64,000 bases of DNA, taken from a virus. The stretch lies in IMG/VR virus record IMGVR_UViG_3300042362_000298, positions 4,313-68,312 of that record, one strand, 5' to 3'. Position numbers and translations under genes: made by a program. Shown piece after piece: positions 35,856 through 45,285 of this stretch (the stretch's first letter is position 1; each line of letters opens with the position of its first letter). The notes beneath the pieces are model-generated. The model saw nothing but the letters and a program-made list of their open reading frames with translations, had not been told where the DNA came from and did no database searches.

Positions 35856-36259
35856 GCTGCTAACGGGCGAAGAATGAGATCGGGCACAACAAAACGGCAA
35901 CGTTCATAAGCCACGTCATCGCCAGGAAAATATCTAGGCGTGGCATCAGGAAATCTCCGCACCATTCTGTCCATAGCCAAGGCAAGAGTATCAGAAGAAG
36001 GCGTGTATTGCATCAAGATCACCTCCCAAAGCTGATTAACTTTGACAGTCCCTCCCAGCGGCGAACCGGGCCGCAAGTCAGGGAACTGCCTCATGGTCAC
36101 TTCCAAGCCTTTCACTTTCCACTCAGCAGGTACACCCTGTTGTCCCACCACATACACCGCAGGAATTTCCGTAGCATCCGGCAAGATGTATTCGCCAATC
36201 AAGTCGGGGCTAGCCGAAAGCAAAGTGACGATAGTATCGCGAAACTGAGCAATGTTCAC
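35852..36259 (-). CDS. putative tail terminator-like protein
   Basis: size and position in the neck-tail region. Confidence 0.5.
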   Translation of the reverse strand: MNIAQFRDTIVTLLSASPDLIGEYILPDATEIPAVYVVGQQGVPAEWKVKGLEVTMRQFPDLRPGSPLGGTVKVNQLWEVILMQYTPSSDTLALAMDRMVRRFPDATPRYFPGDDVAYERCRFVVPDLILRPLAA

Positions 36260-36262
36260 AAT

Positions 36263-36288
36263 AAAAAAGCCTGCCGTATAGGCAGGCT
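36263..36288 (-). terminator. intrinsic terminator after the major tail gene
   Basis: AGCCTGCC-N5-GGCAGGCT followed by a T run on the minus strand. Confidence 0.75.
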
Positions 36289-36315
36289 AGCAAAGAAACA
36301 ATGGAGAAAGAATGG

Positions 36316-36894
36316 TCAGGAGTTGGGAGCGCTCGGGATGATGCTGCCAGTCTCTTCAGCGTTCTGGTGAATGCCGATGCGACCACGACTGATCAGATCG
36401 AACGTAACTTCAACGAGGTTGTCAGCGGGATAGCTCTCGTTGTAGTTCATTACGCGACCAACGTAAGCCACGCGATCGTAGTAGTAAGTGGTGCCGGAAG
36501 CGCCCAGTTGCTTGTTGATTTCAACGTACACTTCAGAGTTCTTGTCGTAGCGCGAAGCGCTAATCACTTGGAAGGCTTCGTCAAAACTATTGGGCAGGAA
36601 CACAGTGCCGTCCACGTCCTTCTGGAAGTAGGAAGTGACGGAAGCAGTGGCTTGAGAGGTGACGATAACGCTATCAGAGAAGCCGCCGCCGCCAAGCAGG
36701 TAGAATTCCGTGTTGCCATCGTTAAAGGCCACAGAAGCCGTCGTAGCGGCCTGCAGCGTGTAAAGGGTGGGAGCGCCGCTAACAGTGAAGGTGGCGCCAC
36801 TCTGGGTGATCACAGGGCGGGCAACGCCTGCAATCGAGCCAACACGCACAATAACGTCTTGGCTCTTAACCAGTTCAGTCGGATGGTAGAGCAT
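36316..36894 (-). CDS. major tail tube protein
   Basis: 192 aa, beta-rich, ends ADNLVEVTFDLISRG; own terminator; position. Confidence 0.7.
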   Translation of the reverse strand: MLYHPTELVKSQDVIVRVGSIAGVARPVITQSGATFTVSGAPTLYTLQAATTASVAFNDGNTEFYLLGGGGFSDSVIVTSQATASVTSYFQKDVDGTVFLPNSFDEAFQVISASRYDKNSEVYVEINKQLGASGTTYYYDRVAYVGRVMNYNESYPADNLVEVTFDLISRGRIGIHQNAEETGSIIPSAPNS

Positions 36895-36930
36895 GAGAAA
36901 AGCCTCAATGGGAAAGAAAATGGTTAAGCG

Positions 36931-37320
36931 TCAGACGTTCTGTACGCTTCCTTTACCAACCAGTCTAAAAATGCCTCTGATTGGTGTGCCAAGAAATTGC
37001 CAATAGTGCTCAGCAATTTGTTCGTTCGGCAACAGTTCAAACCGCCCCTCTCTACCATTGATCGTTGCTGCAGCGGAGCTTCCAGGTGTAATTCCAGAAA
37101 GCGTTAGGGGGCCGGTTAACTTGCCCTCCATATACACTGCGGTGGCATCGGCCCCAAGCAAATAGTCAAATCGAGGATTGTTCTTTTGCTTAAGAGAGGC
37201 GTAGTAAGTGATGCCAGTGGCCATGGCGATGTAGTTGCCAGTGCCTGAGTCGGTGACGTATCCAGACGCCACCTGCCAAACCAAAGTGGCATTAGCAAGT
37301 GGCGACAGGACATTGCTCAT
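36931..37320 (-). CDS. head-closure / head-tail joining protein
   Basis: follows the adaptor gene; size. Confidence 0.5.
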   Translation of the reverse strand: MSNVLSPLANATLVWQVASGYVTDSGTGNYIAMATGITYYASLKQKNNPRFDYLLGADATAVYMEGKLTGPLTLSGITPGSSAAATINGREGRFELLPNEQIAEHYWQFLGTPIRGIFRLVGKGSVQNV

Positions 37321-37631
37321 ACGACGAAACCAACTGTGGTAGATCCGGCGACGGTATCAAGCATGCGTTTGAACTCTTGGCCATATTGCGTGGCTTCGAG
37401 CCCATTGCCATATACTTTGCCTTCTGTGGCACCAATTTGAATGCCCATTTGTGCAAGTTGAATGGCAATAATGTGAGCTGCGAGATGCTTGACGGCTCTG
37501 TCAGTTTGAGTGCCAAACACATCGATGGTGGCATCCGCTGCAGCTTCGTCAAGGGCTCCGTTCACGATTCCCGATGGGTGGGGAGTGAACTCAGGGAAGC
37601 GATCTAGAAAAGTAGCGTAGGTGACGGCCAT
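37317..37631 (-). CDS. head-tail adaptor (DUF4054-like)
   Basis: FLDRFPEF, LAAHII, TQYGQEF. Confidence 0.8.
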   Translation of the reverse strand: MAVTYATFLDRFPEFTPHPSGIVNGALDEAAADATIDVFGTQTDRAVKHLAAHIIAIQLAQMGIQIGATEGKVYGNGLEATQYGQEFKRMLDTVAGSTTVGFVV

Positions 37632-37633
37632 GA

Positions 37634-38020
37634 TCAGACCTTCCCTGCTTTAATGTTTTCCAGACGTTTATTAATGGCATTTCTGATTCTCACGCGACCC
37701 TCTTTCCCTTTCCATTGCAGAAGCTGATCCTCGTCATGCATGATTTCAAGCAGACGGAACGCTTCGTTCAGTGGTAGTTGGATGAGAGTGTCGATGCTCG
37801 TGGGAATCTCCTGGACCGTAGCCTGTTCCTTCACTTCCTCAATGGCTCCAAGGGCCATAAGCCGCTTGACGGTGCCATTTTTGCGGGCAATATCCCACTT
37901 GGTTTCAGGAACATCAGTGTTAACGCCAGGACTGAGCTGAATCATGCCAGCGTCAGTGATAATGCCAAACCCTCCCTCACGCGGCGGATTTTCAAGTTCA
38001 GGGCGATAAGCAATCAACAT
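37634..38020 (-). CDS. hypothetical head-region protein
   Basis: 128 aa after the capsid gene; IQLSPGVN. Confidence 0.7.
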   Translation of the reverse strand: MLIAYRPELENPPREGGFGIITDAGMIQLSPGVNTDVPETKWDIARKNGTVKRLMALGAIEEVKEQATVQEIPTSIDTLIQLPLNEAFRLLEIMHDEDQLLQWKGKEGRVRIRNAINKRLENIKAGKV

Positions 38021-38071
38021 TTGTGTTCAAAAGAACTGTTCATTAGCTTAACGCCCATCACTTACCTATCC

Positions 38072-38977
38072 TCAGGGAGCCTGCAAGTACAGGACGCTCT
38101 TGGGATAGTAGAGGGCCACGCCACCCACGCGAGCATGAGCAGGAACGATGAATTCCAGACCACGCTGCTGAGGCGGGAACAGCTCAAGCGGCTGCGGAAT
38201 GTGCAGTTGCACTTTCTGCGGATCGCGCTTGTAGAACACCATGCGGTTCTTCGACAGGGTGCTCTTGTCCGCGTCGAGCTGGTTGATGGGCTCGATATTG
38301 CGGATGTAGGGGTTGGTGCGCAGGAAGTATTCCATCACGGTCACGTCCGAAGAATCGGAATTGCGACGAGTGGAGATGGTGTTGTAATCTTCCCAAGCCA
38401 TGAGGATGGTATCGGGCTGCTCCTTCATGTTGGAACCGTTGATGATGGCAGTAACGCCATAGTTCAGCAGGTCCAGCATTTCTTGAGCAGTGGTGCCGCT
38501 ATCGGTGAACCACTTGTCAGCAGCAACAACGTCAACAGTGGCGTTGTTGAAGAAGCCTTGCAGGCCAACGGAAGATTCGCCAAACATGGCCACTTCTTCC
38601 ACTTTCTCTTCGTAAGCACGACGAACGGCAGAAGCGCGACGCTGCTCGAGAGCGATGTTGGCCATTTGAGCGGCCCGCAGCTCTTGAACCGTGTAGCCGA
38701 AGGAACCACCAAACGAGCGAATGTTGATGCTCTTCTCGACTTGGCTGATGTCGGCGCGGGGCAGATCGTCAGCAGCGTCAGCGATGAGTTTGAATTCGCC
38801 AGTCGCGTCCATCACGCGATAGGTGAAGGTTTGAGCGCCAGGACCAGCTTCGCTGGTAACAGGCAGAATGGTGGGGTATTTGATGTCGGCATAAGCGACT
38901 TCAAAAACTTGAGGGCGGATGTACTCAAGCTGACGCTCGAGAAACAGACCCGCTTCATCCATACGGAAATCAGACAT
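38072..38977 (-). CDS. major capsid protein (DUF2184 type)
   Basis: FLERQLEYI, ADDLPRAD, GYTVQELRAA, GGVALYYP. Confidence 0.9.
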   Translation of the reverse strand: MSDFRMDEAGLFLERQLEYIRPQVFEVAYADIKYPTILPVTSEAGPGAQTFTYRVMDATGEFKLIADAADDLPRADISQVEKSINIRSFGGSFGYTVQELRAAQMANIALEQRRASAVRRAYEEKVEEVAMFGESSVGLQGFFNNATVDVVAADKWFTDSGTTAQEMLDLLNYGVTAIINGSNMKEQPDTILMAWEDYNTISTRRNSDSSDVTVMEYFLRTNPYIRNIEPINQLDADKSTLSKNRMVFYKRDPQKVQLHIPQPLELFPPQQRGLEFIVPAHARVGGVALYYPKSVLYLQAP

Positions 38978-38991
38978 TGGAGGGCCTCCTA

Positions 38992-39552
38992 TCAGGTGTC
39001 AGCGGTGAGGGTGAACGAAGGACCGTTCAGCTCAACGATCGCCAGGCCAGAGCCGGTGACGGAGGTGAGATAACGGGCATTCGACAGAATCGCGCTCTTG
39101 CCGGCAATGGCATCGCCAGTGAGCTGACCGGCATACTTGACGCCAGTAGCAGTGTGGATGACGCGCACGGCAGTCGCCGGAGTGCAAGTGCCATGAACAT
39201 ACAGGGCAACGGCGCCTTCGTTGGCCACGTTGAGCACTTGCTCGTCCTTCACGCCGGGGCGGCTGTTGGAATCTTCAGCAGTTTCGTCAACGTAGGTGAG
39301 CACGTTCACGCCCACGACGGTTTCGCCAGTGCCGCCAATGGTCTTAGCGGAGTTGGCGACAGTGCCGCCAGAGTTGTACACCACAACATTACCGAAGGCC
39401 AGGACGGCGTTGGTTTCGTTGATGTAGGTGCCAATAGTGTTGTCACGGATGTCGGAAAGTTGACCTTCCAGCAGTGCGGTCAGCTCAAGCGCATAGCTTT
39501 GCTGCACGCCACCTGCCGTCCCGGAACTCACCGAAGAAAAAACGACGGCCAT
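38992..39552 (-). CDS. capsid decoration / cement protein
   Basis: between DUF2213 and the capsid gene; small-residue-rich beta protein. Confidence 0.7.
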   Translation of the reverse strand: MAVVFSSVSSGTAGGVQQSYALELTALLEGQLSDIRDNTIGTYINETNAVLAFGNVVVYNSGGTVANSAKTIGGTGETVVGVNVLTYVDETAEDSNSRPGVKDEQVLNVANEGAVALYVHGTCTPATAVRVIHTATGVKYAGQLTGDAIAGKSAILSNARYLTSVTGSGLAIVELNGPSFTLTADT

Positions 39553-39554
39553 AA

Positions 39555-40751
39555 TCAGCGCTCCTTAGTAACGGAGAGGGGGTTTTTCCAAGCGTTCTGC
39601 AGATTGTCCATGTAGGACGCAGGAGCAGAAACAGGGGTGGCAATGGATGCCACAGCTTTGCGCAGTTCGTCGGTCGAGGCGGAGTCGCTGCGAGGAGCAG
39701 CTTCAGCCAGCGTGTCGAACATTGCTTGAACGTAATCGTCGGAACGCTCCGACAGATCAGCGTCGCCACGAACAGCTTTGATCGAGGCTTCCATGATCTC
39801 ACGGGCGCTCTTGCCGGCAAAATCAAACTCACTATCCAGATTGGTGCGAGCTTTGTCAATGAGGGCAACGCGCTCTTCAACAAGCGAATCAATATTCACT
39901 TGACCAGCAACAGTCAGATCGGCCTTAGCGGCTTCCAGCTCTTGCTCGAGGGCATCAGCGCGACCTTCGGCAGCGTCGCACTTGCCTTGCATCTCTTTCT
40001 TCATGGCATCCATCTCTTCCTTCATTTTGGAAGCGTTGGACATCATTTCATCATATTTGCGTTTCATATCGGCATAACTTGCCTTCGCGTCTTCACGCTC
40101 AGCCGACACAGCGGCTGCAAGGGCAGAATCAGCCTCAAAGGAAACGCCGTCAAACACGATGTTTGCGGACATAACTTCTCCTAAGTGAGAGTTGATAAGT
40201 TCGGTCACAGCGGCATCCGCTGAATCGAGCATGAGGCGAACATTAGGGCCGCCCCTGGCTCTTTTGACAATGGCAACATGGTTACCTCGGATGTTTCTTT
40301 GGTAACCGTCGTAATGCTGACCATCAGGCGTAGTGCCTGGCTCGTCAACATAATCGACCTTGTATCCACAAGACACTTCGCGAACATTGCCGCGCATAAT
40401 CTCTTCAACCGTCTCCTTATCGGTGACGGTCAGCGTGGACTCAACGAAGCCATCGGAATACGAGACATCTGCACTGGTAAAGCCAATTGCATAGTCCTTA
40501 GTGTTTGACGCATCAAGCAACACGGGAGGATGCTCTTTCGTCACACATTTTTCCCTAAAGCTATCGAGAGCCTCTTTCGAGGCAACCTCTTGCTCGGGCC
40601 TGTATTCCAAGCGGATACCACCACTTGCATCCGTGTACGACTGGATGCCCGTACGCGCAATGCGAGCACGAACCTTCAAGTAGCCCTCTTCGGTGATTTG
40701 GTAATCACTAATTTGGGATACGTCGTAGCGAAAGCATGGGCGTGAATCCAT
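39555..40751 (-). CDS. DUF2213 prohead protease/scaffold
   Basis: TEEGYL, ARTGIQ.Y, HPP, EVSCGY, NHVAIV..ARGG; coiled-coil C-terminus. Confidence 0.9.
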   Translation of the reverse strand: MDSRPCFRYDVSQISDYQITEEGYLKVRARIARTGIQSYTDASGGIRLEYRPEQEVASKEALDSFREKCVTKEHPPVLLDASNTKDYAIGFTSADVSYSDGFVESTLTVTDKETVEEIMRGNVREVSCGYKVDYVDEPGTTPDGQHYDGYQRNIRGNHVAIVKRARGGPNVRLMLDSADAAVTELINSHLGEVMSANIVFDGVSFEADSALAAAVSAEREDAKASYADMKRKYDEMMSNASKMKEEMDAMKKEMQGKCDAAEGRADALEQELEAAKADLTVAGQVNIDSLVEERVALIDKARTNLDSEFDFAGKSAREIMEASIKAVRGDADLSERSDDYVQAMFDTLAEAAPRSDSASTDELRKAVASIATPVSAPASYMDNLQNAWKNPLSVTKER

Positions 40752-40813
40752 AAATACATACTACAAGCAAAAAGCAGCTATGATGCAACAAGCGATTCAC
40801 ATGCGAATCAAAA

Positions 40814-41344
40814 ATGCAGGAGCGCTGGCATTACGTTTACTATTCTTACGAACCATGGGGAAGAGGGTACATAGGGAAGCGAAGCTCCAGAACGCCACCG
40901 GAGACAGATGCCTATATGGGCAGTTTTAGCGACAAAAGTTTTCGCCCGACAGAAAAAATTGTAATCGCAATATTTGATACAGCAGAAAAAGCATTGCACG
41001 CAGAGATTTTGCTGCACAATTTTTACCAAGTAGATCGCAATCCGCATTTTGCAAATCGCAGCCGCCAAACAAGTACTGGATTTACATGCCCTTTGGATTA
41101 CTACCAATTTCTTACTCCTCAACAAAAATTCTTGAGAAATTATAAAATTAGACAAGCGCATTCCATGGGCAGCAAAGGGTTCTACTTCAAGTTAACAAGC
41201 CCAAGTGGGGCCATAATTGTTACCCGCAATCTTCGGGAAACTTGCGCAAATTACGATTTAGATCGCAGAAATTTAATGAAAGTGTTGTCCGGAAAAAGAA
41301 GGCACTCCAAAGGGTGGACCATTTGCAAGCTGCCTTTGCCATGA
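40814..41344 (+). CDS. GIY-YIG homing endonuclease
   Basis: YVYYSY...GYIGKR...YMGS; C-terminal small DNA-binding module; AT-rich and antisense to the head operon. Confidence 0.8.
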   Translation: MQERWHYVYYSYEPWGRGYIGKRSSRTPPETDAYMGSFSDKSFRPTEKIVIAIFDTAEKALHAEILLHNFYQVDRNPHFANRSRQTSTGFTCPLDYYQFLTPQQKFLRNYKIRQAHSMGSKGFYFKLTSPSGAIIVTRNLRETCANYDLDRRNLMKVLSGKRRHSKGWTICKLPLP

Positions 41345-41640
41345 AAATTCACGCCAGTAAAGTTAGTGCGGCAAAATTGCCACATCCCCAAAGGCGCCTG
41401 TTGATAGCGTCACGGTTGAAAGATGCGCGAGAGCAAAGCGGGCTGTCTCAGCGATATGTTGCCCGGCAATTGCACATAGGACAATCGACATATTGCCGCA
41501 TAGAACGCGGAGAAAGCGAACCCTCCGCAGTGCAAATTGCCACTCTTAGCGGGCTTTATGGGCTGTCAGTGCTTTGGCTATTGGGCATGCCAAATTTTGT
41601 TGTCAACGCGGCTCAATCTTCCTCGTCATCGTCGTCCTGA
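41341..41640 (+). CDS. XRE-family HTH regulator
   Basis: RLKDAREQSGLSQRYVARQLHIGQSTYCRIERGESEP. Confidence 0.85.
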   Translation: MKIHASKVSAAKLPHPQRRLLIASRLKDAREQSGLSQRYVARQLHIGQSTYCRIERGESEPSAVQIATLSGLYGLSVLWLLGMPNFVVNAAQSSSSSSS

Positions 41641-41924
41641 AGCCCTTCGATTTGTTGTTCGATGCCGGTCATCACATAACTTTTTGCAATAGCCTCGGCC
41701 TCGAAGACCAGCATTTTGACTGGTTCAAAATATTCATGGGGCTTGTCATAAGCATTGCGCACAAAGATGTGGGTTTCATCAAGACGCCCATTCTTGAAGT
41801 GCTGCTCTTCGACTAGCCGCCAGTTGGAAGTGTCACGATGCTCATGCGCGGAAAGAATGCACAGAGCCTTCATGATGCCAATGCCGTCTTCTTCTTCTTC
41901 AATGACGCGGACGTATTCGCTCAC
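41613..41924 (-). CDS. hypothetical acidic protein
   Basis: 103 aa with GTGA overlap. Confidence 0.7.
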   Translation of the reverse strand: MSEYVRVIEEEEDGIGIMKALCILSAHEHRDTSNWRLVEEQHFKNGRLDETHIFVRNAYDKPHEYFEPVKMLVFEAEAIAKSYVMTGIEQQIEGLQDDDDEED

Positions 41925-42280
41925 GATTGTTCCTTGCGGCTTTCCACCATCTTAATAATCCGATTGGCCCACGCCCTACCAGCGTCACCTCCCCATAAGA
42001 GCCATGCGTGAAATCCAGCATCACCTTCTCCTCCAGCTTTATTCTTTTCATGCCTTGAAAAGAACGCTGCCATGCGCTTAATGGTTTCGTAGCTCACCTT
42101 CTCCCCATTGGCCAAGCTTGTCGCTCTAGCAACGCCACTACCAATGCCTTGCTTGCCGGCTTCCTGAGTGGTCAGGCCGCCTTTGCCATGCTTCTTGCGC
42201 AGCTCCAAGCCGCGACGCGCTGCTGAACGAACAGGCGATGGAGGGGCAAACGATTCAGTGTCGCCCCTCAGCGCTTTTTT
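41921..42280 (-). CDS. conserved basic head-associated domain, probably made as a -1 frameshift fusion
   Basis: AARRGLELR, GVARA..LA, TIKRM..FF.RH, WLLWGGDAG..WA; no convincing own start. Confidence 0.7.
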   Translation of the reverse strand, partial: KKALRGDTESFAPPSPVRSAARRGLELRKKHGKGGLTTQEAGKQGIGSGVARATSLANGEKVSYETIKRMAAFFSRHEKNKAGGEGDAGFHAWLLWGGDAGRAWANRIIKMVESRKEQS

Positions 42281-42594
42281 GCGCGGCTTTTTCGCAAGGC
42301 TGACAAATAACCCTTGCAACGAGCTTCACCGGCAGTTTCGTCCATGGTGTCGCACTCTTCGTCTTCCATTTCTGCCTCTTCTTCCTCTTCGCCAGCAAGC
42401 TCTTTCATGAAGGCCAGATAGTATTCATCCCCCATGTCCTTCTTGGGCTTGCGCGAAAGTCCAGCTTCGGAGAGGGCAATTGCCAGTGCTTGCTGGGGAT
42501 TCTTCACAGCTTCGCCGCTGCTGCTTTTCAGTTTGCCACTCTTAAATTCGCGCATCACCTTGGCCACTTTGGCCTGCTTTTCTTTGTTAGTCAT
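42268..42594 (-). CDS. DUF6496-like basic protein with acidic tail
   Basis: KVAKVMREFKSGKLKSSSG..VKNPQQALAIALSEA. Confidence 0.8.
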   Translation of the reverse strand: MTNKEKQAKVAKVMREFKSGKLKSSSGEAVKNPQQALAIALSEAGLSRKPKKDMGDEYYLAFMKELAGEEEEEAEMEDEECDTMDETAGEARCKGYLSALRKSRAKKR

Positions 42595-42597
42595 TTT

Positions 42598-43323
42598 CTA
42601 TGGGAAGAAATTGATTGGAGCTGTTTCAATGCTAAGCCCTGGCCACACCTTTTCACGACGCAAGATCAATGCTGTCATGATGCGTTCCGCTAGGAACGAA
42701 ATGTATCGACAATTGTAGCCTTCAATTTGTTTAATTTTTTCTTGGCAATTGCCCCAGATTGGCCACATGCAATCCAGCAAAGTTTGCATGACTTCGCAAT
42801 AATTTACATGGGCTCCTCGCGCCATGATATGACCAAAGAAAATATTCTGATCAAGCGCAAGCTCTAGTTCTTCTTTCGTGATTGGCATTTGTCCGCGATC
42901 CGCAATCAATAGCGCCTGTTCGATGCCGTCCATGCCTGCGTGCCCTTCTCTGTACTGCTTGGCAATGGAAAAGCCAAAATGTTCAGGCTCGGGAATGTAC
43001 AGCACTGAGGGAGAAGAAGGAGCCAGTCCCTCGTCTGCCCATTGTCTCCTGTACTGAGCATTGCCGATGAACTCTTCCGTGGCATTGTTGACGAGCCAGT
43101 GAATGCCAGTCAGTTCGGACCACCACTTGTTGTAGGAGGAAATATTATGCTCGCCCAGATTGTCTAGGGTCCAGCCCGCATAAGAAAGTTGCAGCAGTTC
43201 TCCTTGAGGAAGACTTTCTGCCCCTAATTTCATGCGATGGAGAGAAGCGGAGGATGAATAACGAGGCTCGTTATCGCCATGACACATCACATAGATGTGC
43301 CAATCTTCAGCTTGCATAGACAT
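42598..43323 (-). CDS. glycosyltransferase-like protein (DUF4422-like)
   Basis: NISSYNKWWSELTGIHW, IGNAQYRR, RYISFLAER. Confidence 0.75.
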   Translation of the reverse strand: MSMQAEDWHIYVMCHGDNEPRYSSSASLHRMKLGAESLPQGELLQLSYAGWTLDNLGEHNISSYNKWWSELTGIHWLVNNATEEFIGNAQYRRQWADEGLAPSSPSVLYIPEPEHFGFSIAKQYREGHAGMDGIEQALLIADRGQMPITKEELELALDQNIFFGHIMARGAHVNYCEVMQTLLDCMWPIWGNCQEKIKQIEGYNCRYISFLAERIMTALILRREKVWPGLSIETAPINFFP

Positions 43324-44026
43324 CTCGCTTGGCCCAAAGTTCGTTGTAATTGTTTACGCCTGTAGCGCCAACGCCAGTAAGATCACCACCGCCAGAAGGC
43401 TTGGACCAAGCCATAATAGTTCCATCGGGCAGGATGAAAGCCCTATTCTTCTGCTCATGCGTAGGAGTTAGCTCTAGATAGTCACCATAAACGAAGTCCG
43501 AAGCAGGACCGTTCATTGCCAGTGCCTGACCAAGCAGCGTGGGGCCAGTAGGGCACAATGGCGTGATGCCATAAAAGCGCTCATGGCAATTGTTCACGAT
43601 CAATTGAATGGCGGTGGTTAGCGCGGGATTGTCGGGCTGTGAATACAGAACAGTCGTGGCGCATGCCCAGGAAGTGAAGCTAAAGCGCTGGATGTCCCTG
43701 AAGGCTAACCATTTGATGCGAGGCCCCACTTCCACCGGATTGACCACTCTGATGGCAATGTCCAAATACCATCCACCAAGCTTGTTTAGCAAGCAAAAGC
43801 GTCCAAGATCAGCCTTGTACGAATAGGGCTTCAGACAGTCATAAGCCCACAGCACGTCAGGGTCGTAATTGTCGGCAATAAACTGCCTCAGTGTTTCCTT
43901 GGTGTAGATCGTGTGATTTGCAGAAGGAAACGAAGCTTTAACAGTGCCAGTGGCATATTGGAGAAACGGCGAAAGCTCATCCCCCGCGTCGCTCAGAAAA
44001 ATTTGAGAGATTTCCATGGTGATCAA
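43307..44026 (-). CDS. GT32 / DXD-type glycosyltransferase
   Basis: KADLGRFCLL..LGGWYLD, PTGPTLLG. Confidence 0.85.
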   Translation of the reverse strand: MITMEISQIFLSDAGDELSPFLQYATGTVKASFPSANHTIYTKETLRQFIADNYDPDVLWAYDCLKPYSYKADLGRFCLLNKLGGWYLDIAIRVVNPVEVGPRIKWLAFRDIQRFSFTSWACATTVLYSQPDNPALTTAIQLIVNNCHERFYGITPLCPTGPTLLGQALAMNGPASDFVYGDYLELTPTHEQKNRAFILPDGTIMAWSKPSGGGDLTGVGATGVNNYNELWAKRDVYAS

Positions 44027-45243
44027 ACAATTTTTGCGGGAGTGCCGAAGCCCTTGAACTGTGAAGACGCACCTTGAGCAAGCGTTTCTTCAATGATGCC
44101 AAGCATCTGCTTCTGGATGAAGGGCCAAGTAAATGGCTTCTCATGAATGCGTTTATAGCACCATTCCCCATCGGCGGCCAGGAAGTCACGATTTTCGTAA
44201 TATCCGCTCAAAAGCTCCGCCAAACTTTCGGGCGTAGGAATCGGACGCTCGAGGCCATAGTTCCTATCGGTTTCTGAGCCTTGGCATTGAATGCGAGGTA
44301 CTTCACCGAAGATTTCCTTCAGACTTGTATGGTCAGGCACCAACTGCGCCACGCCAGTAGCTGCATGCTCCGTATTGACCAAGCCCCAGCCCTCGCCAAT
44401 GCAAGTATTTACACCCACGTCGCAGGCGTTGTACACCTTGTTGAGTTGTTCAATGGGAAGGCAGTTGTGAGTGGAAAACTCGGGGCTGGTAAGAATCAGC
44501 TTGCCCGTAGGGTCATATCCCTCATCTTTAGCCACGCGCTTAAACAGCGGCACCAAGTCCCAGCCCAAATCTTTCTTGCCCATATTGAGCCATAGACGTG
44601 CGTCGGGCTTGTCTTTCGCAAACTTGATGAAGCCCTTAATGGTCAAGTCAATACGCTTACGAGGTTGATTCCTGTTGCCATTGAAGACGATAAATACATC
44701 GCTTGGCACACCCAATTCCTTCCGGCATTGCTCTTTGTCCATCGGGAAAAACTTTGTAAAGTCCGTACCATGCCCTACCACTTCAACAGACTTTTCATAG
44801 CCCATTTTTCGCAGTTCTTCCTTCGCGAACTCCGTGTAGGTGATGAGTTTGTCCCAGTGGTTGATAGGCTCGCATAGCTCCGCAAATAGCCCATAAGAAT
44901 CAATGGGGGTGTACACAATTGTTTTGAAGCCAATATCCTCCTGGAATTGTTTGATGCCATTAAACAAATTGATCGCCACCCAAATGTCGTTAAGGATGAA
45001 AACGAGGTCGGGCTTGATTTTCTGAACCAGCTCTCCAATGCGATGCTGCCCAAACGGGTCCGAGCCGTAGGCCATGGCGGGATACATTTTGCAATGCTCC
45101 TGCATTTCATTGGGGTCGCCATGCCAGTTCACGGCCAGGGCATGCACGTCGTGCTCTTTGGCCAGTGCTGGAATCAAATGCTCGCTCACGCGCCCAAAAC
45201 CAGTTTGCACTCCTACGTCGCCGCAGTAGAGAATAGTTGCCAC
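44023..45243 (-). CDS. GT4 glycosyltransferase
   Basis: TGFGRV, NRNQPRKRID, GEGWGLVNTEHAATG. Confidence 0.9.
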   Translation of the reverse strand: MATILYCGDVGVQTGFGRVSEHLIPALAKEHDVHALAVNWHGDPNEMQEHCKMYPAMAYGSDPFGQHRIGELVQKIKPDLVFILNDIWVAINLFNGIKQFQEDIGFKTIVYTPIDSYGLFAELCEPINHWDKLITYTEFAKEELRKMGYEKSVEVVGHGTDFTKFFPMDKEQCRKELGVPSDVFIVFNGNRNQPRKRIDLTIKGFIKFAKDKPDARLWLNMGKKDLGWDLVPLFKRVAKDEGYDPTGKLILTSPEFSTHNCLPIEQLNKVYNACDVGVNTCIGEGWGLVNTEHAATGVAQLVPDHTSLKEIFGEVPRIQCQGSETDRNYGLERPIPTPESLAELLSGYYENRDFLAADGEWCYKRIHEKPFTWPFIQKQMLGIIEETLAQGASSQFKGFGTPAKIV

Positions 45244-45285
45244 AAGAAAAGGAAAGCTGGCCTCATCTTACAAGGGTTTTAGACT

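Noticed and set aside
37778-39615. Long plus-strand ORFs over the capsid genes, and similar antisense ORFs elsewhere including 59805-60842
   Set aside because: They are shadows of strongly biased or GC-rich minus-strand genes and show no protein motifs.
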